64,000 nt of DNA, from positions 1,344,654 through 1,408,653 of the forward strand of contig NW_003314308.1 of assembly GCF_000143415.4 (NCBI RefSeq), written 5' to 3'. Positions within the stretch are counted from its first letter, which is position 1, and each line of letters starts with the position of its first letter. Origin of the DNA: Selaginella moellendorffii. Lineage: Eukaryota; Plantae; Lycopodiophyta. Below the pieces are notes generated by a model. It saw only the letters and a program-made list of their open reading frames with translations. It searched no databases and had not been told where the DNA came from. This document shows positions 36,155 through 49,020 of the stretch, in pieces. Position numbers and translations under genes: made by a program.

Positions 36155-36525
36155 GCGGTGAAGAAGCGAAACTGTTCCATCCGGACAGAGTAATCCACGT
36201 CGAAGACCACTCCGGGGCCGAAAGTGGGGACATTGAATTGATAGACCTCCTTTTGGCTCAGCTCCGACTCCTGGGCCTTGTAGAAATGGGAAGAAACCTC
36301 GGGACCGATCAAGAATGTGATCATGCGCGTGACAATCTTGACGGTGAAGACGCTGCTCAGGCGCCGCCCAGGCGCTGGTACTCCTGCCGCAGCATCACAA
36401 TCGGCCCCTTCCCACTAGCAGCAGCAGCGCGGCCGCCACCATGGCCTTCAGATCTTGCCTTAAATCCGAGATGAGAACGTTAACTCCCGACCGTCCAATT
36501 GTCAGTGACGCCAGCCGTTGGATTG
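36155..36525 (-). pseudogene. CYP51 exon-1 fragment
   Basis: ITFLIGPEVSSHFYKAQESELSQKEVYQFNVPTFGPGVVFDVDYSVRMEQFRFFT; deleted copy of 22985-23495. Confidence 0.9.
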
Positions 36526-38285
36526 CTGCCCGAATAAGCTGGCCAGCTGGACATAAGCCGACGAAGAAGATGCTCCAGCCGCCGCGAGAGGTGCCGTGCG
36601 CCGTGGATTCCACAAGATCCCAGCAATGCCCCCCCAACTGGAATGCTTTCGATCAACTCTCTGGCCTCCTGCACTCCTCCCGATCGCCCTAGAACATCCA
36701 GCATACTCACGAAGAGCTCCGGGCTCGCGGTGATGCCATAGTCGCGATCGATCGATGCGAAGCAGTTGCGCGCCTGATCGATCATCCCTGCGTGGCTGCA
36801 CGCCAGGAAATTGATGCCCAGGGCGACGAGATCGGGCTGGAATCCCTCTTGCCCCATTCTCTGGAACAAGTTCACGGCTTCTCCATGCTGACCACCAGCG
36901 GCAAGAGCAGCCATCATGGCCGTCCACGTGTACGTGTTCCAGTTTTCCCGGGCTGCGATCGTGCAGACGCTCCAGGCGTCGGCCACGTGTCCACATCTGC
37001 CGTACAGTGTGATGAGCGCCGTGGCCAGTTTGTGGACCGCCACGGAAATGGCCACTGCGTGCTCGTGAATGGTACGGCCTTCGTCCAGGGCTGAGCACAG
37101 GCGTCGAGAGCTATGAGAAGAGAGATGGAATTGGGCGAGATACCCTCCAAATCCATTTGCTTGAAAAGATCAAGGGCTCTTCTTTCTTTGCGATTGCTCA
37201 AAAACGCTGCCATCGGCGCGTTCCAAGACACCACATTGTCGATGCCGTGGTCGTGGTCGCCATCAAAGAACAAGAGCTCTGCAGTTTCTAGGCTGCCACA
37301 TTCGCCACATTTGGCAATCAGCGCGTTCCGTAGCTTGAATCCCTTCTTCTGGAGGCCTTGGTTATCATCCAGTGCAGTGTGGAGGAGACGATCGAAGCTA
37401 GAGCAAGCTTCTGTAACGTTGATCAGCGTGATCTCGTCCGGTGGAATTCCTGCGAGATCCATGCTAGCAAACAGCCTCACCGCATCGGATTTGAGCTGTG
37501 ATTGGCGGCTAAACGCCGAGATGATGGCCCAATTGTGGCAATCCCTGTAGCGCAGCAGCGATCAAAAATCCTCCTCGCCTCGGACAAGCACCCACATTTG
37601 CTGGACATGGCGATGAGCGCATTGTCAATGTGGCCGTCTCTTCGATTGATGGTGGCGTTGTCAATCAGCCTGTGAATCGCTTGCCCTTTCGCTAAATCCC
37701 CTTCATCTCCACAAGCGCCAAGAACACTCACGAACGCGATCCCATCAGCCTTGATTCCTTCCAAGCACGCTATTGCAAAAACCAGCAATGCCTCCCTTGG
37801 CGGCCGTGGGCTGTGATCATGCCCGTCCACGTCACGAGCCCTCGAGAAACGGACGGCATCGACTCGAACACATCCCTGGCGTTTCCCACGCAAACTTGGT
37901 GATGGCCCTTGAAAGATTCGCAACCAGATTCTTTGACGAACCTATACATCAAACCTGCCAGCTTGCCACACAGCGCGCATATCCACGTCACCTGCCCGCG
38001 AGCATGATGTTCCACGAGAAGGAATTCCTCTCGTGGATAGCCTCAAACGCTGCATGGGCGTCCTCCACGCATCCGCACTCCCCATACATTTGGACAAGAA
38101 GATTCTCTAGATACCTGTCGCCGCCATAGCCAGAGGTGTGGAGCTGGGCGTGGATCTCCCTGCCACGTTCGATCTCCCGCCGCCGCCCACATCCCCGCAG
38201 CTCGCTCGCAAACTGGACTGCCGCCAGTTCTATTACAGGAAGCTTGATGCTGAGCCACAGCTAATTAGAATGTGTAGATTTGAAC
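36525..38285 (-). pseudogene. Frameshifted duplicate of the PLS-E PPR gene
   Basis: Collinear with 23685-25730, with many short deletions. Confidence 0.9.
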
Positions 38286-38339
38286 TTTCCAGATTTCATA
38301 ATTCCAAATGGAACTGCAATGGAATTGCCAATTGATGTG

Positions 38340-38605
38340 CGTACGGATCAGGTGGTGCGGGAGGCTCTTGCACGGATCTTATCGTCGAAAACCACGGCAA
38401 TATTCAACGCACTGGTGACTATGTACAGCAAGTGTGGCGACCTCGTACGGGCACCATGGTAGAAGCGTATGCTCAGTTTGGGCATATGCCCAGCACTTTG
38501 GAAGCTCTTGAGGGAAACTGGAGCTTCTCCGACCACTGTGACTTTCACAAGTTCTCTAGTGGGTTATAGCTCGAGAGGATTCTTTGAAGGATCAAGGGAA
38601 TTGCT
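38340..38605 (+). pseudogene. PPR fragment
   Basis: Paralogue of 25790-26085 (FNALVTMYSKCGDL). Confidence 0.7.
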
Positions 38606-40817
38606 CTCTTACGTGGTCCACCTTAAATGTTTTATGATTAACTCTAAATTAGGAACGTTAGATTTTAATTAGTAGATGTTGTTAACAGATATATTAATGA
38701 CTATAATTTTATAATTAGCCAGTGACTGAACGGCTATAATTTATAAGTATATAACTTACATTTGGGTTTATGTTTTTCCTCTTTGTGTTTTATGTTTGTG
38801 CTCTTTATATTTTCTTTCTTATCTTATTCATTTTCTTTAGTATTATGGTTAGATTGGAATATATAAATCATATTTAAGACAGTATTATTTCCTTTTCCTA
38901 ATCTTATTGAGAGAACGAATAATAAAGTAAATTCTTTTACTTTTTGTATTATGATTTGTCTTCTTCTAGAAGAGAGAGAATGTGAAAAATGTCATTGACC
39001 AATGAGATATCAATCTGATAATAAAAGCTGTAAAGAGGGTTTGAAGTGGAATTGTAAAAATTGCAATACCACAAGATTTTTTAAAACTAATATTTTTTTT
39101 GTAAATAATAATGTCACATTTGCTCAAATGTTTAAATTGATGTATTTTTAGTGCATTAAAATGCCATAAGGTAAAACTTATATTGAGTGTAATATTAAAA
39201 AACAGCACATGAGAACTTTTGTCGTGATAATTTTGAGGTAATTTAAGTATAACTTTGATATAATTGATTAAAATGGTGGAAGTTAACTTCCTCAGAATTT
39301 TTATTATGATAAGAAAGAAGTTTAAAATATCCCTTGAGGGATAAATTGCTTATGTCATGATATAGTGAGTCATTGTTAAATAATAAAATACTCATTTCTA
39401 ATAAGTTTAAACTAAAATATATCAACATATAAAACATTGAAAAAATATTTTTTAGTAAGGCCAAAGGGACTAAATCCGTAAATAATGATGGATAGAATTT
39501 AAAATTTAAGTTTAAGAAAAGTTAAAGACAAAAGAAACCTTAATTATCTAAAGTGGATAAAGCTAAAACAATGCTGGCATTGCTAAATAATGGGGAGTGC
39601 CCATAAGTAATAATGTTAATCCCAATATGTGTGATTATAAGTTAAAAATATTTACTAAGGCACAATTAAGTGAAAAGCTTACCTCCTAGCATGAAGGATA
39701 ATAAGTAAAATGAATGTATGAGGCCACAAGTTAAGAGTGAGAAACCAAGAATGAACTTGAGGGTTTATTAATTATAACTATGGTGCTATGAAGAGTTTAA
39801 AACATGGAGGCTTTAATATTAAATTGGGTGATGGATATAAACCTTATGAAAGCTCATAAAACTGAAAGTCTCCATACAAAGCTAGATAGTAGCCAAAAAG
39901 TTTATGAAACTAAAGGCATTAATAAACTGAAGGCTAGAGTCTTTTCAATGTTCTAAAAGAGTAAATTAATATTTAAGAAGTTAAGTATAAATGGTTCATA
40001 ACATATGCAAAATCAGGATAGTGCAATAAAAGTATGGTTTTAAAACTTGCCAGAAGGTGATACTATTAACGTTGGGGAAGTAATTCCCGCATGTTTGAAA
40101 GGATGATTTTGAATGGAAGTTGGTATCATTTAGATAAACTAAATATCATGTTTAATTGTATACTAATTTCTTAATATCATCAAATGGAATTTTATCCAAT
40201 ATGAATAAATGGAATATAGTCCAATCTATATACCTAGAAGTGTCATTAGATAAAAGCCACTTCAAATATCAAATGTGGTGATTTGCCATTTATTTTACCT
40301 TCAAGTTAGGTCTCCTCTTACCTGTATCTATTTCAAAGTTCGTGTGTGACCACATACCATGGGACCTGTATGATATGGAGCCAGTTTTGTCCACAGTGCC
40401 ACCTGGCACAAATAAGATTGTGTTTGACTTGCATGATGTTAAATTAGGCTTCAAAAGACAGTTGAGATTGCATGTGTCAACATTTGCATTTAAGCCAGCT
40501 ACATCTGAGAGGATTGTCAAGACGAACAAGGCACTCTCCCTCTATTGTTGTTACAATCAGCCTTGCAAAACCATCCTCTAGACCATCATTGTAAGAGGGC
40601 ACAAATCATCAAGTCAAAACTGACTTAACCGAATTAAGTAAGAAACAGTTTAACCACTTGATCATCCTAAGCTGGATGCCACCTGCACCTGTACTCACAA
40701 GCACACGCTTCTCCCTCAAAGTGAAGCTTGCAGTTGGCACAGTTCTCACAGGTTCTATTCTTTCCCCAACAGAACCTAGTAGCCTGCTTCTTTGACGGGA
40801 TCTTTGGCTCTGTGAGC

Positions 40818-42687
40818 TTAATCTGGTCGAACCATTTCAGCGATTCGTCTATATCGCTTAGACTTTTGAAGCCTGCCACGTCACCTGCAAGCCTTCCAGC
40901 TTCACTGTATCAGGCATGGCATAGTAGTACAAGGACTCGACCGTGGCAGCTCCCAGTCCTTTTTTCCATTCCGGAAGGACCTCATCCTTCCACACTGTAT
41001 GAGACCTTTTCTTCTCCTTTGCCTTCCACTGAGCAACTGTAATCTGAAGAGCTACCAATGCTTGAGGACCCATCAAGACACCCCCCCCCCCCCCCCCGCA
41101 AGTCCTGGAACCCTACATTGCGAAGAGCAGCTACTTCGTGCCCATGGGCATACGTCCTGTACCTCTTGAACGAATAAGCGTCATCAAACAGCCTCCCCTG
41201 TATCCGAATGACGCTGATCACTAGGCCTTCAATGTGCCAGCTGATGCGAGAGGGGTTCCTTTCTGCAAGCTCACTTTTACAGTCCACTTCTACTGCTTCT
41301 GTCCACAACTGTATGTCTGAAAGCAGCAGCTTCTTGTCCAGCTCCTTTCCCTTTCCTGTTAACAGGGTCTCTGCCTGGGTTCGAAAGTAAGGTGACAGAA
41401 GCCGAAATCTGCCATTAAGGTCTTTGCAGAAGCAGGTAAGCTTGATCTTCGGAGCTAGCCGCGGAGGTAGTTTTCCATCACCCACCACCATGTTGATAGC
41501 AGCGACCAGATCTTCCTTCGAGTCCAACTTTCCAACGAATTCCGTCCAGAGCTTATCCTCGTACTTGGCGTTTCAGCCACTGCTGCCTGTCGCCACCACA
41601 TTCTTTGTAGAAGCGTAACAAGCGCGGTATTCCCCCCGTCAGATTATCCAGATCCAGCAGCGCAGAAGCTGGTAGATTTGCCTGCGCAATCCATGTATTC
41701 AGCTCCTCTTCCGTGTAGGGACCGTCAAACTCTTCAGTTAGCATATAGTCTTCAGCCTTGTCAAGTTTTGCACTTTCATATGGCTCGGGGCTGTCTATGG
41801 ACAAGACTGTGATGCGAACACTGACTCCAGAGGCACGAACCAGGTGAGCTTTCAGGCGATGAAGCAGCTGTGGCTCCACCTTATCATTCGTCCTTGGATC
41901 AAGCTGTTCCCAGTCATCGATGATGAAAAGCAAACCTGTCCTGCCCTCGCACCACGCCACCAGGTCTTCTACACTGAGCAAATTCTGCAACTCCTCCCAC
42001 ACGGTCTTGCACTGGCCAAATGCAAGCAGCAAGGCCTCGAGCAGAACCTTGTCCGGCTCTGAGATGTAACGGGTTGCCGAGATATACACCACCTTTTTGC
42101 CGTTGGCGAGGAGGAAGCCGGCTTCGGTGCTCATGACAGTACTCTTGCCACTGCCTTTACCCCCAATGACCTGCAAGCGATTTGCATTGTGGAGCTTCAA
42201 AATGCTAGAATGGAGCTTCTCAGCGCCAGCACGACCAATGTAGTTGTACTTGTCGTCCATGTTTCCATGTTTGCATTAAGAGTTGGTAGAAGCAGCCCCA
42301 AGTAAACAGCTCCTCCATCCCACAGGAATGAGCAATCCTTGCCAGCGTACAATTCCTGCAGCGCCTTGTATCGCTGTTTAATAATCACGCCCCTGTCCTC
42401 CCGCTTTCTTCTCATCCTTCCTGTCGAGAAGCGGGTCACTGGCACACGAGAGGAAAGAAAGACGGAAGCACGTACCAGCAGGTGGCCACTAGCAAAGCAT
42501 TGACTTGCTGAATGCGAGTTGGGAGTGCCGATTCGAGAGCCTTCTCGAGCCGCCCGACACCCTGAGCTCGGCGATAAGCGTTGGCATCCACGAACCCCGC
42601 CGCCGAAAGATTTTGGAAGTCGTCCGCTGTGAACAGCTCGAAATCGACGCCACTCACCAGTGAGCGCACCACGCCCTCCGCCGCCAT
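40818..42687 (-). pseudogene. CR-like header + NTPase + REase-like gene, copy C (uninverted, frameshifted)
   Basis: All three domains are in order. Frameshifts near 42485, 42265 and 41570, a long C run at ~41081-41097, and a deletion removing FNEKAVDLVYIKLFANGNY. Confidence 0.88.
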
Positions 42688-42909
42688 AAGCAACCAACCG
42701 GGTTTAACACAAGAATATCCAGGTATATTGTGCCACTTTAGGGTATGACGATGTTTAACTGATGTCTGCCACTTTTAGACTTTAGACGATGTATCTTTGA
42801 GCTTTGAGCTATGGAGTTTTTTGCTTGCTTTTAGTGCGTTTGAGGGGAACCAAAGGTGCTGAGCTATGTGGATTAAATTTTTCTTTTAATTGTCTTCAAA
42901 AAAAATCCC

Positions 42910-43595
42910 CCACAAGCGCCAAGAACACTCACGAACGCGGTCCTCATTTGCTGTACATGGCGATGAGCGCATTGTCAATGTGGCCGTCTCTTCGATTGAG
43001 CACCACATCTCGCAAACATGGTGATGGCCGCGTTAGATACCTTGAAAGATTCGCAACCAGATTCTTTGACCAACCTATAGGCTTGGACTCCCTGCGCCAA
43101 GTGCCACACGCATCCAGCGCGCATACCCACGTCACCTCCGTGGCACCAATGCCTTCCTGCCACATGGCACGGAGCAGAGTGAGGACCTCGTTCTGCGAGT
43201 ATGCCGCCAGCATGGCGTTCCACGTCACCACATTCTTCGCAGGTCAAACATCTCTTTGGTCTCTTGCAAATGCCCATTACGGGTATATGCCGCGAGCATG
43301 ATGTTCCACGAGAAGGAATTCCTCTCGTAGATAGCCTCAAACGCTGCATGGGCGTCCTCCACGCATCCACACTCCCCATACATCTGGACGAGAAGATTCC
43401 CTAGATACCTGTCGCCGCCATAGCCAGAGGTGTGGAGCTGGGCGTGGATCTCCCTGCCACGTTCGATCTCCCGCCGCCGCCCACATCCCCTCAGCTCGCT
43501 CGCAAACCAGTCCTGGACTGCCGCCAGTTCTATTACAGGAAGCTTGATGCTGAGCCACAGCTAACTAGAATGTGTAGATTTGGATTCCATGATTC
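42910..43595 (-). pseudogene. PPR 5' relic (duplicate of 28605-29290)
   Basis: Near-identical sequence. Confidence 0.85.
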
Positions 43596-43629
43596 CAAGT
43601 CCTGAGGAATTGCAATGGAATTGTCGATC

Positions 43630-44095
43630 GATGCGTGTACGGATCAGGCGGTGGGGAGGCTCTTGCACGGAGTTTATCCTCGAAAGCCACGGCAATGCTC
43701 AACGCACTGGTGACTATGTACAGCAAGTGTGGCGACCTCGTACGGGCGGAGGGCGATCACGTGTCTATGGTAGATCCTATCCTGTGGAATACGATGATTG
43801 GAGCATATGCCCAGTTTGGGCATATGGCCGGTGCTTTGGAAGCTCTTGAGGGAAATTGGAGCTTCTCTGACCACTGTGACTTTCACGAGCTCTCTAGTGG
43901 GTTGTAGCTGGAGAGGATTCTTCGAAGAATCGAGGGAATTGTTTCTCGCAATGTAAGACTGTGGATTGGATCCCAATGGCGAGCACTTTGATCTCTTGTG
44001 TCGCGCGGGGAAGCTTCAGGAGGCTCGGGATTTTATCGTTAGAACTCCGTGCGTGGTCGGCTCTTGTGACTGCTTGTAGCGTTCATGGGGGCCTT
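43630..44095 (+). pseudogene. PPR fragment (duplicate of 29325-29790)
   Basis: Near-identical sequence. Confidence 0.7.
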
Positions 44096-45497
44096 ATGTC
44101 TGTCTCTCCATTCCTCAGCGGGAATACAAGATGATGTTGCAGAGCAAGAAAGAATAGATCTTTTGCCTAAAACAAAGTAAAGCTTGAAGAGCTATCAAAT
44201 TGCCATTTTAATGGTACCAAGTCCAAAGACTTCACTGTATACACAACTAGATCTAGCTCGTAAGAAATAGAGAGAACGTTTTCGTGGCAAATTTGCTCAT
44301 CCAGATGCACGGTAAATGCAAGGATTTTTCCGAATGATGCCGGCAACTGTAATGGTTTTTGCAAGCTGCGATGGGCAATGACAGTGAGGCATGTGCCTTA
44401 CAGGAGAGCTTATTGCAGGGATATGCGGAGAATTGTCTTCTAGACAAAAGAAAAAAACTACTTTGTGTGTTCAACTTTAGGGTTTTAAGGAATATTTTCA
44501 TTTGTGAGGTCTAAATCTATAATTCCAATGTTATATATTATTATAAGTTTAGTAGGACTTTAACAACTGTTGGATTTGATTTTCTAGACCACTCACTTAT
44601 AAATGGCTAATATGAATATGCACATTGGTTGAGAGAAGTGCATGGATATATAGTTTTTGTTTAGATTTAACTTTTGTATTGTTTAAATAGTTTTTATTTT
44701 TATAATTTTTTCTATTTCTTTTTCTTTTGTTTCTCCTCTTCTTTTCATCCATAGTTGAGTAATATATTCCTTTGTAACAACTTCCTCCCTTGTCTATGGA
44801 GCAGTAATTCATATAACTTATCAATATTATAAGAATGTAATTGAACAATCAAACTCATTGTCCTAAGAATGATAAATAACAATTATAGTGAAGAGATCAA
44901 ATTTATGATATATGTAAACTTTAGAGTTCCCATGAAAGAAATCCAACTAAACCTAAGCAAAAGGAAAGAAAAATATATTATGTCTAATGTTTATGCAAGT
45001 TTTCCAATCATTTGCAAAGAATAGCATTGTACTGGTATAATAATTTGAGTACAGTAACTCATGTGGATTAAAGCTTTCTTTTAAATGTCTTCAAACAAAT
45101 ATTTGAACATATTAACAACTATAACAATGCCTTTGAGAAATTACATCATCTTTATCAAATGCCATCTAAATTGCAGATTAGTAAGAAAGAAACCCTCCCT
45201 AATAGAGTTGTTAAATGTTGAGAAGAGTGTGAAACACAAATCCCTAAATCTCATAAATGAATGAAAGTGTGTTAATGGCCAAAGCAAAAGTCTAACAAAT
45301 GTAACATATTTAGATCAAAAGTTCTAATTTGAACAATCAAGAGTAAGTAGTATAAAAGGATTGTCTTCTAAACTTTAGGGGTCCATATAAGATTGTAAAC
45401 GGAGTACTTTAGGGGAACTAATGTAATTAAGAAAGGCTATATCAGGTGGTGGGTGATGACATACAAAAAGAGTGAATATGACATTATGAACTTTTAA

Positions 45498-45650
45498 GTT
45501 GCAAAACTAATAAGTCTAATGCTTAGTGATTTAGTGGAGTTAAGGGATAGTTTCAAAAATTTATATTTGTGTTGTTGCAAAACTAATAAGTCTAATGCTT
45601 AGTGATTTAGTGGAGTTAAGGGATAGTTTCAAAAATTTATATTTGTGTTG
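45498..45650. repeat. ~75-bp tandem duplication
   Basis: ttgcaaaactaataagtctaatgc...atttgtgttg occurs twice in tandem. Confidence 0.9.
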
Positions 45651-47331
45651 AGTTTAGCCAAGGGCTAAAACAATCTTAAGATTCAAATATGAAAATAATG
45701 AGTACCTCATTAGTGGTTGAGAGTGCCATGTGTAAAACATGAAAAAATATTTAGAAAGGAAAATAATTTTTGAGGAAAGTTCTGTTTTAGCCATTATTAG
45801 ATATTCTAGTCTTGGCAAAAGGCATGGAATATGTTATAAAGATAAACTCATAAAGCTGATAGTGTGGAGATATTAAATATTTCATTAAAATATACATTGA
45901 ATGGGTGAAGATGGCCAGTTTATGAAGGAGTTTTGAAGGAAACAAAATTAACCCAGCCTAAGCTAAAAGGCTTGTGTTTTGATATAATGAGTTCTAGAAC
46001 ATCATAGCTTTAACTTTGAGGTAATTAAGCATAATTTTGATATAATTGATTAAAGTGGTGGAAGTTAACTTCCTTAAACTTTTTGTTGGGATACGAAACA
46101 AGTTTGAGATATCCCTTGAGGGATAAATTGCTTATGTATAATATAATGAGTCATTGTTGAATAAGAAAATGTTCATTTTTCTAAGAAGTCTATATTTAAA
46201 TATATAAACATATAAAACATTGAAGAAATAGTTTTTAGTAAGGCCCATAAAGAATGATGGATAGAATCTAAAGTTTAAGTTTAAGAAAAGCTAAAGACAA
46301 AAGAAACCTTAATTATCTAAAGTGGATAAAGCTAAAATGATATTGCCATTTTTAAGTAATGGGGACTGCCCATAAGTAACAATGTTAATCCTAATATGTG
46401 TAATTATAAATTAAAAATACTTGCTAAAGCACAATTAAGTGAAAAATTTACCTCCTAGCATGAAGGAGAATAAGTAAAATGAATGTATAAGGCCGCAAAT
46501 TAAGAGAGTGAGGAATCAAGAATGAGCTCAAGGGTTTATTAATTATAACTATGGTGCCATAAAGAGTTTAAAATATGAAAGTTTTAATGTTAAATTGGGT
46601 GATGGATATAAAATGTAAGTGACTAAATTTTCCATTTTACTTTAGTCCCTTAACCACACTTCAAACCACTTGGAAGAGTCTCACTCATAATCTCCATAAG
46701 TCTTCTTCTGGATTTGGGGCTTGTTCACCTTAAAAATGACATCCTTACCATTCAACTTTTGCATTTGGTCTAAATGCTCCACATGTCTAATCTCGTGACC
46801 GACACCCAAAGGTACCATTGACATATCAGCCCATTACGCTAAGGCCACGCCCATTCACCTTTGCCATACTAATGCTCTAACACCACCTACATCATAGTCC
46901 CATGTCTTAAAGACTAGGCCATCCGTCCATGAGTAGTCGTCCTAAATCCACTCTTTAGCATCCTTAAGATGCCTGCAGACATAGGGAATAACCTTCCTTA
47001 ATATCCCTTTTATAGTCCTTATCAAGTTCCTTTTCTGTCCATGGCCATATTCACCAACACTTCCACTGGGACAAAGCCCACATGCCTGACTACTAAATCT
47101 TAATGTCCTGTAGGACTTCCTCATCACATAATTGTATCCTTGGTTAGTACACCAAAGGACTATTTCTCTTCCTTTCCATAGTCTGGGACTTTGGGACAAC
47201 ATTTCAAAACACCGTGGCCCTACACGAACCTCATGGGTACTCTCCCCACTTTTTGCTTTTGGGTGCTCTAGCCATGGGCTAAGAGAGAGGTTTCATTGAG
47301 CCACAGCAAGTATCTAAGTAGATAGTGCCAC

Positions 47332-48440
47332 TGTAGCGCATGTGATCATGGGATGAGATTTAGATATACTGTCACCGTGGATCCTTGGAACCTTGGGGGA
47401 TAAATAGGGATAAAATAGCCACTAAGGGCTTTCTCATCAAGCAATTGCCCCTTTTCCAGTTGGCTTAAGGGGAGAGAGATAAGGTGCGCTACAGTTGGTA
47501 TCAGAGCAAATGGCACGGGTTCGATTCCCATTGATTAGTGGCTACTTAAAAGTATAATATACCCTTGAGTAAGGTATATTCCTACCCCTAAATTTGAAAT
47601 CGTACGTATTGGGCATCCATGCGTACGTCCTTCCTCTTGTATACCCTTGAGTAAGGTATATTCCTACCCCTAAATTTGAAATCGTACGTATTGGGCATCC
47701 ATGCGTACGTCCTTCCTCTTGTGTGGAGTATCCACGGACGAAGGTATCCACTGTGGGACTGCGGTACAGGTGGATGACTAGTTGCCTCACATGGAATAAC
47801 TGGTCTACACAATGGAAGGATTGGTAGATTGAGTGCGGAAATGGAGGTGCTGGTTCCCCTTGGCTCAGTAGGGGTTGCTAGTCAATAGTCAATGAGGACA
47901 TTGACATCTCTGAAGGGGGCAGTAGGGGTTGCTAGTCAATAGTCAATGAGGACATTGACATCTCTGAAGGGGGGGTGAGTGTAGCGTATGTGATCATGGG
48001 ATGAGATTTAGATATACTGTCACCGTGGATCCTTGGAACCTTGGGGGATAAATGGGGATAAAATAGTCACTAAGGGCTCTCTCATCAAGCAATTGCCCCT
48101 TTTTCAGTTGGCTTAAGGATTGGTAGATTGAGTGCGGAAATGGAGGTGCTGGTTCCCCTTGGCTCAGTAGGGGTTGCTAGTCAATAGTCAATGAGGATAT
48201 TGACATCTCTGAAGGGGGCAGTAGGGGTTGCTAGTCAATAGTCAATGAGGACATTGACATCTCTGAAGGGGGGGTGAGTGTAGCGCATGTGATCATGGGA
48301 TGAGATTTAGATATACTGTCACCGTGGATCCTTGGAACCTTGGGGGATAAATGGGGATAAAATAGTCACTAAGGGCTCTCTCATCAAGCAATTGCCCCTT
48401 TTCCAGTTGGCTTAAGGGGAGAGAGATAAGGTGCGTTACA
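47332..48440 (+). mobile_element. TRIM-type non-autonomous LTR retrotransposon
   Basis: 162-bp LTRs at 47332-47493 and 48279-48440 (TGTAGCGCA...TGCGC/TTACA) and a truncated middle LTR from 47980. PBS TGGTATCAGAGC (tRNA-iMet) at 47496, PPT gaagggggggtgag, and 5-bp TSD GCCAC. Empty site at ~32116-32120. No coding region. Confidence 0.93.
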
Positions 48441-48749
48441 GCCACCCATGCTTGGACTGGGAACATCAACCATTTGATTTCCCAGGGGAACTAAAGCCAA
48501 TTTTTGAACACTTCACCAAATTACCCCACTTGTCGGTCCATATTCATTCTAGCCTTGGACTTCCCAATGGTTATCTCATCACCCAACACCTGGGTATAGC
48601 TTTCTTGGGCCAAATTGGCCTTTCCTGACCAAACTAGCTCCACTAGGGTTGAACCCCCACACTCTCCCTACTATACTTTTGGAACCCTCTACAGCCCCCC
48701 TATTGGGGGATGATCACTTTGGGCTTTCACCCAACAGCTTGTATTAGTA

Positions 48750-49020
48750 TTCGGACTCAGACTCGGACTTGGACTCGGACTCGGTCTCAGTCTTGGTCTC
48801 GATTCCATCTCAGACTCCATCTCGGACTCCATCTCAGACTCCATCTCGGGTCCATCTTGAACTCCATCTCAGACTCCATCTCGGGTCCATCTTGGGTCCA
48901 TCTCGGACTCTATCTTGGGTCCATCTCAAACTCCATCTCGGACTTCATCTCAGGTCCATCTCGAACTCCATCTCAAACTTTATCTCGGGTCTATCTCGAA
49001 CTCCATCTCAAACTCCACCA
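48750..49020. repeat. 6-bp/12-bp minisatellite (second copy)
   Basis: actccatctcgg-type tandem units; copy number differs from 32425-32670. Confidence 0.9.

Noticed and set aside
7226-36525. Triterpene/sterol biosynthetic gene cluster built on CYP51 duplicates
   Set aside because: Only one CYP51 is intact and it has canonical motifs. There is no oxidosqualene cyclase, glycosyltransferase or acyltransferase in the window.
47496-47535. tRNA gene
   Set aside because: Only a PBS and a B-box-like motif are present inside the TRIM, and I could not build a cloverleaf.
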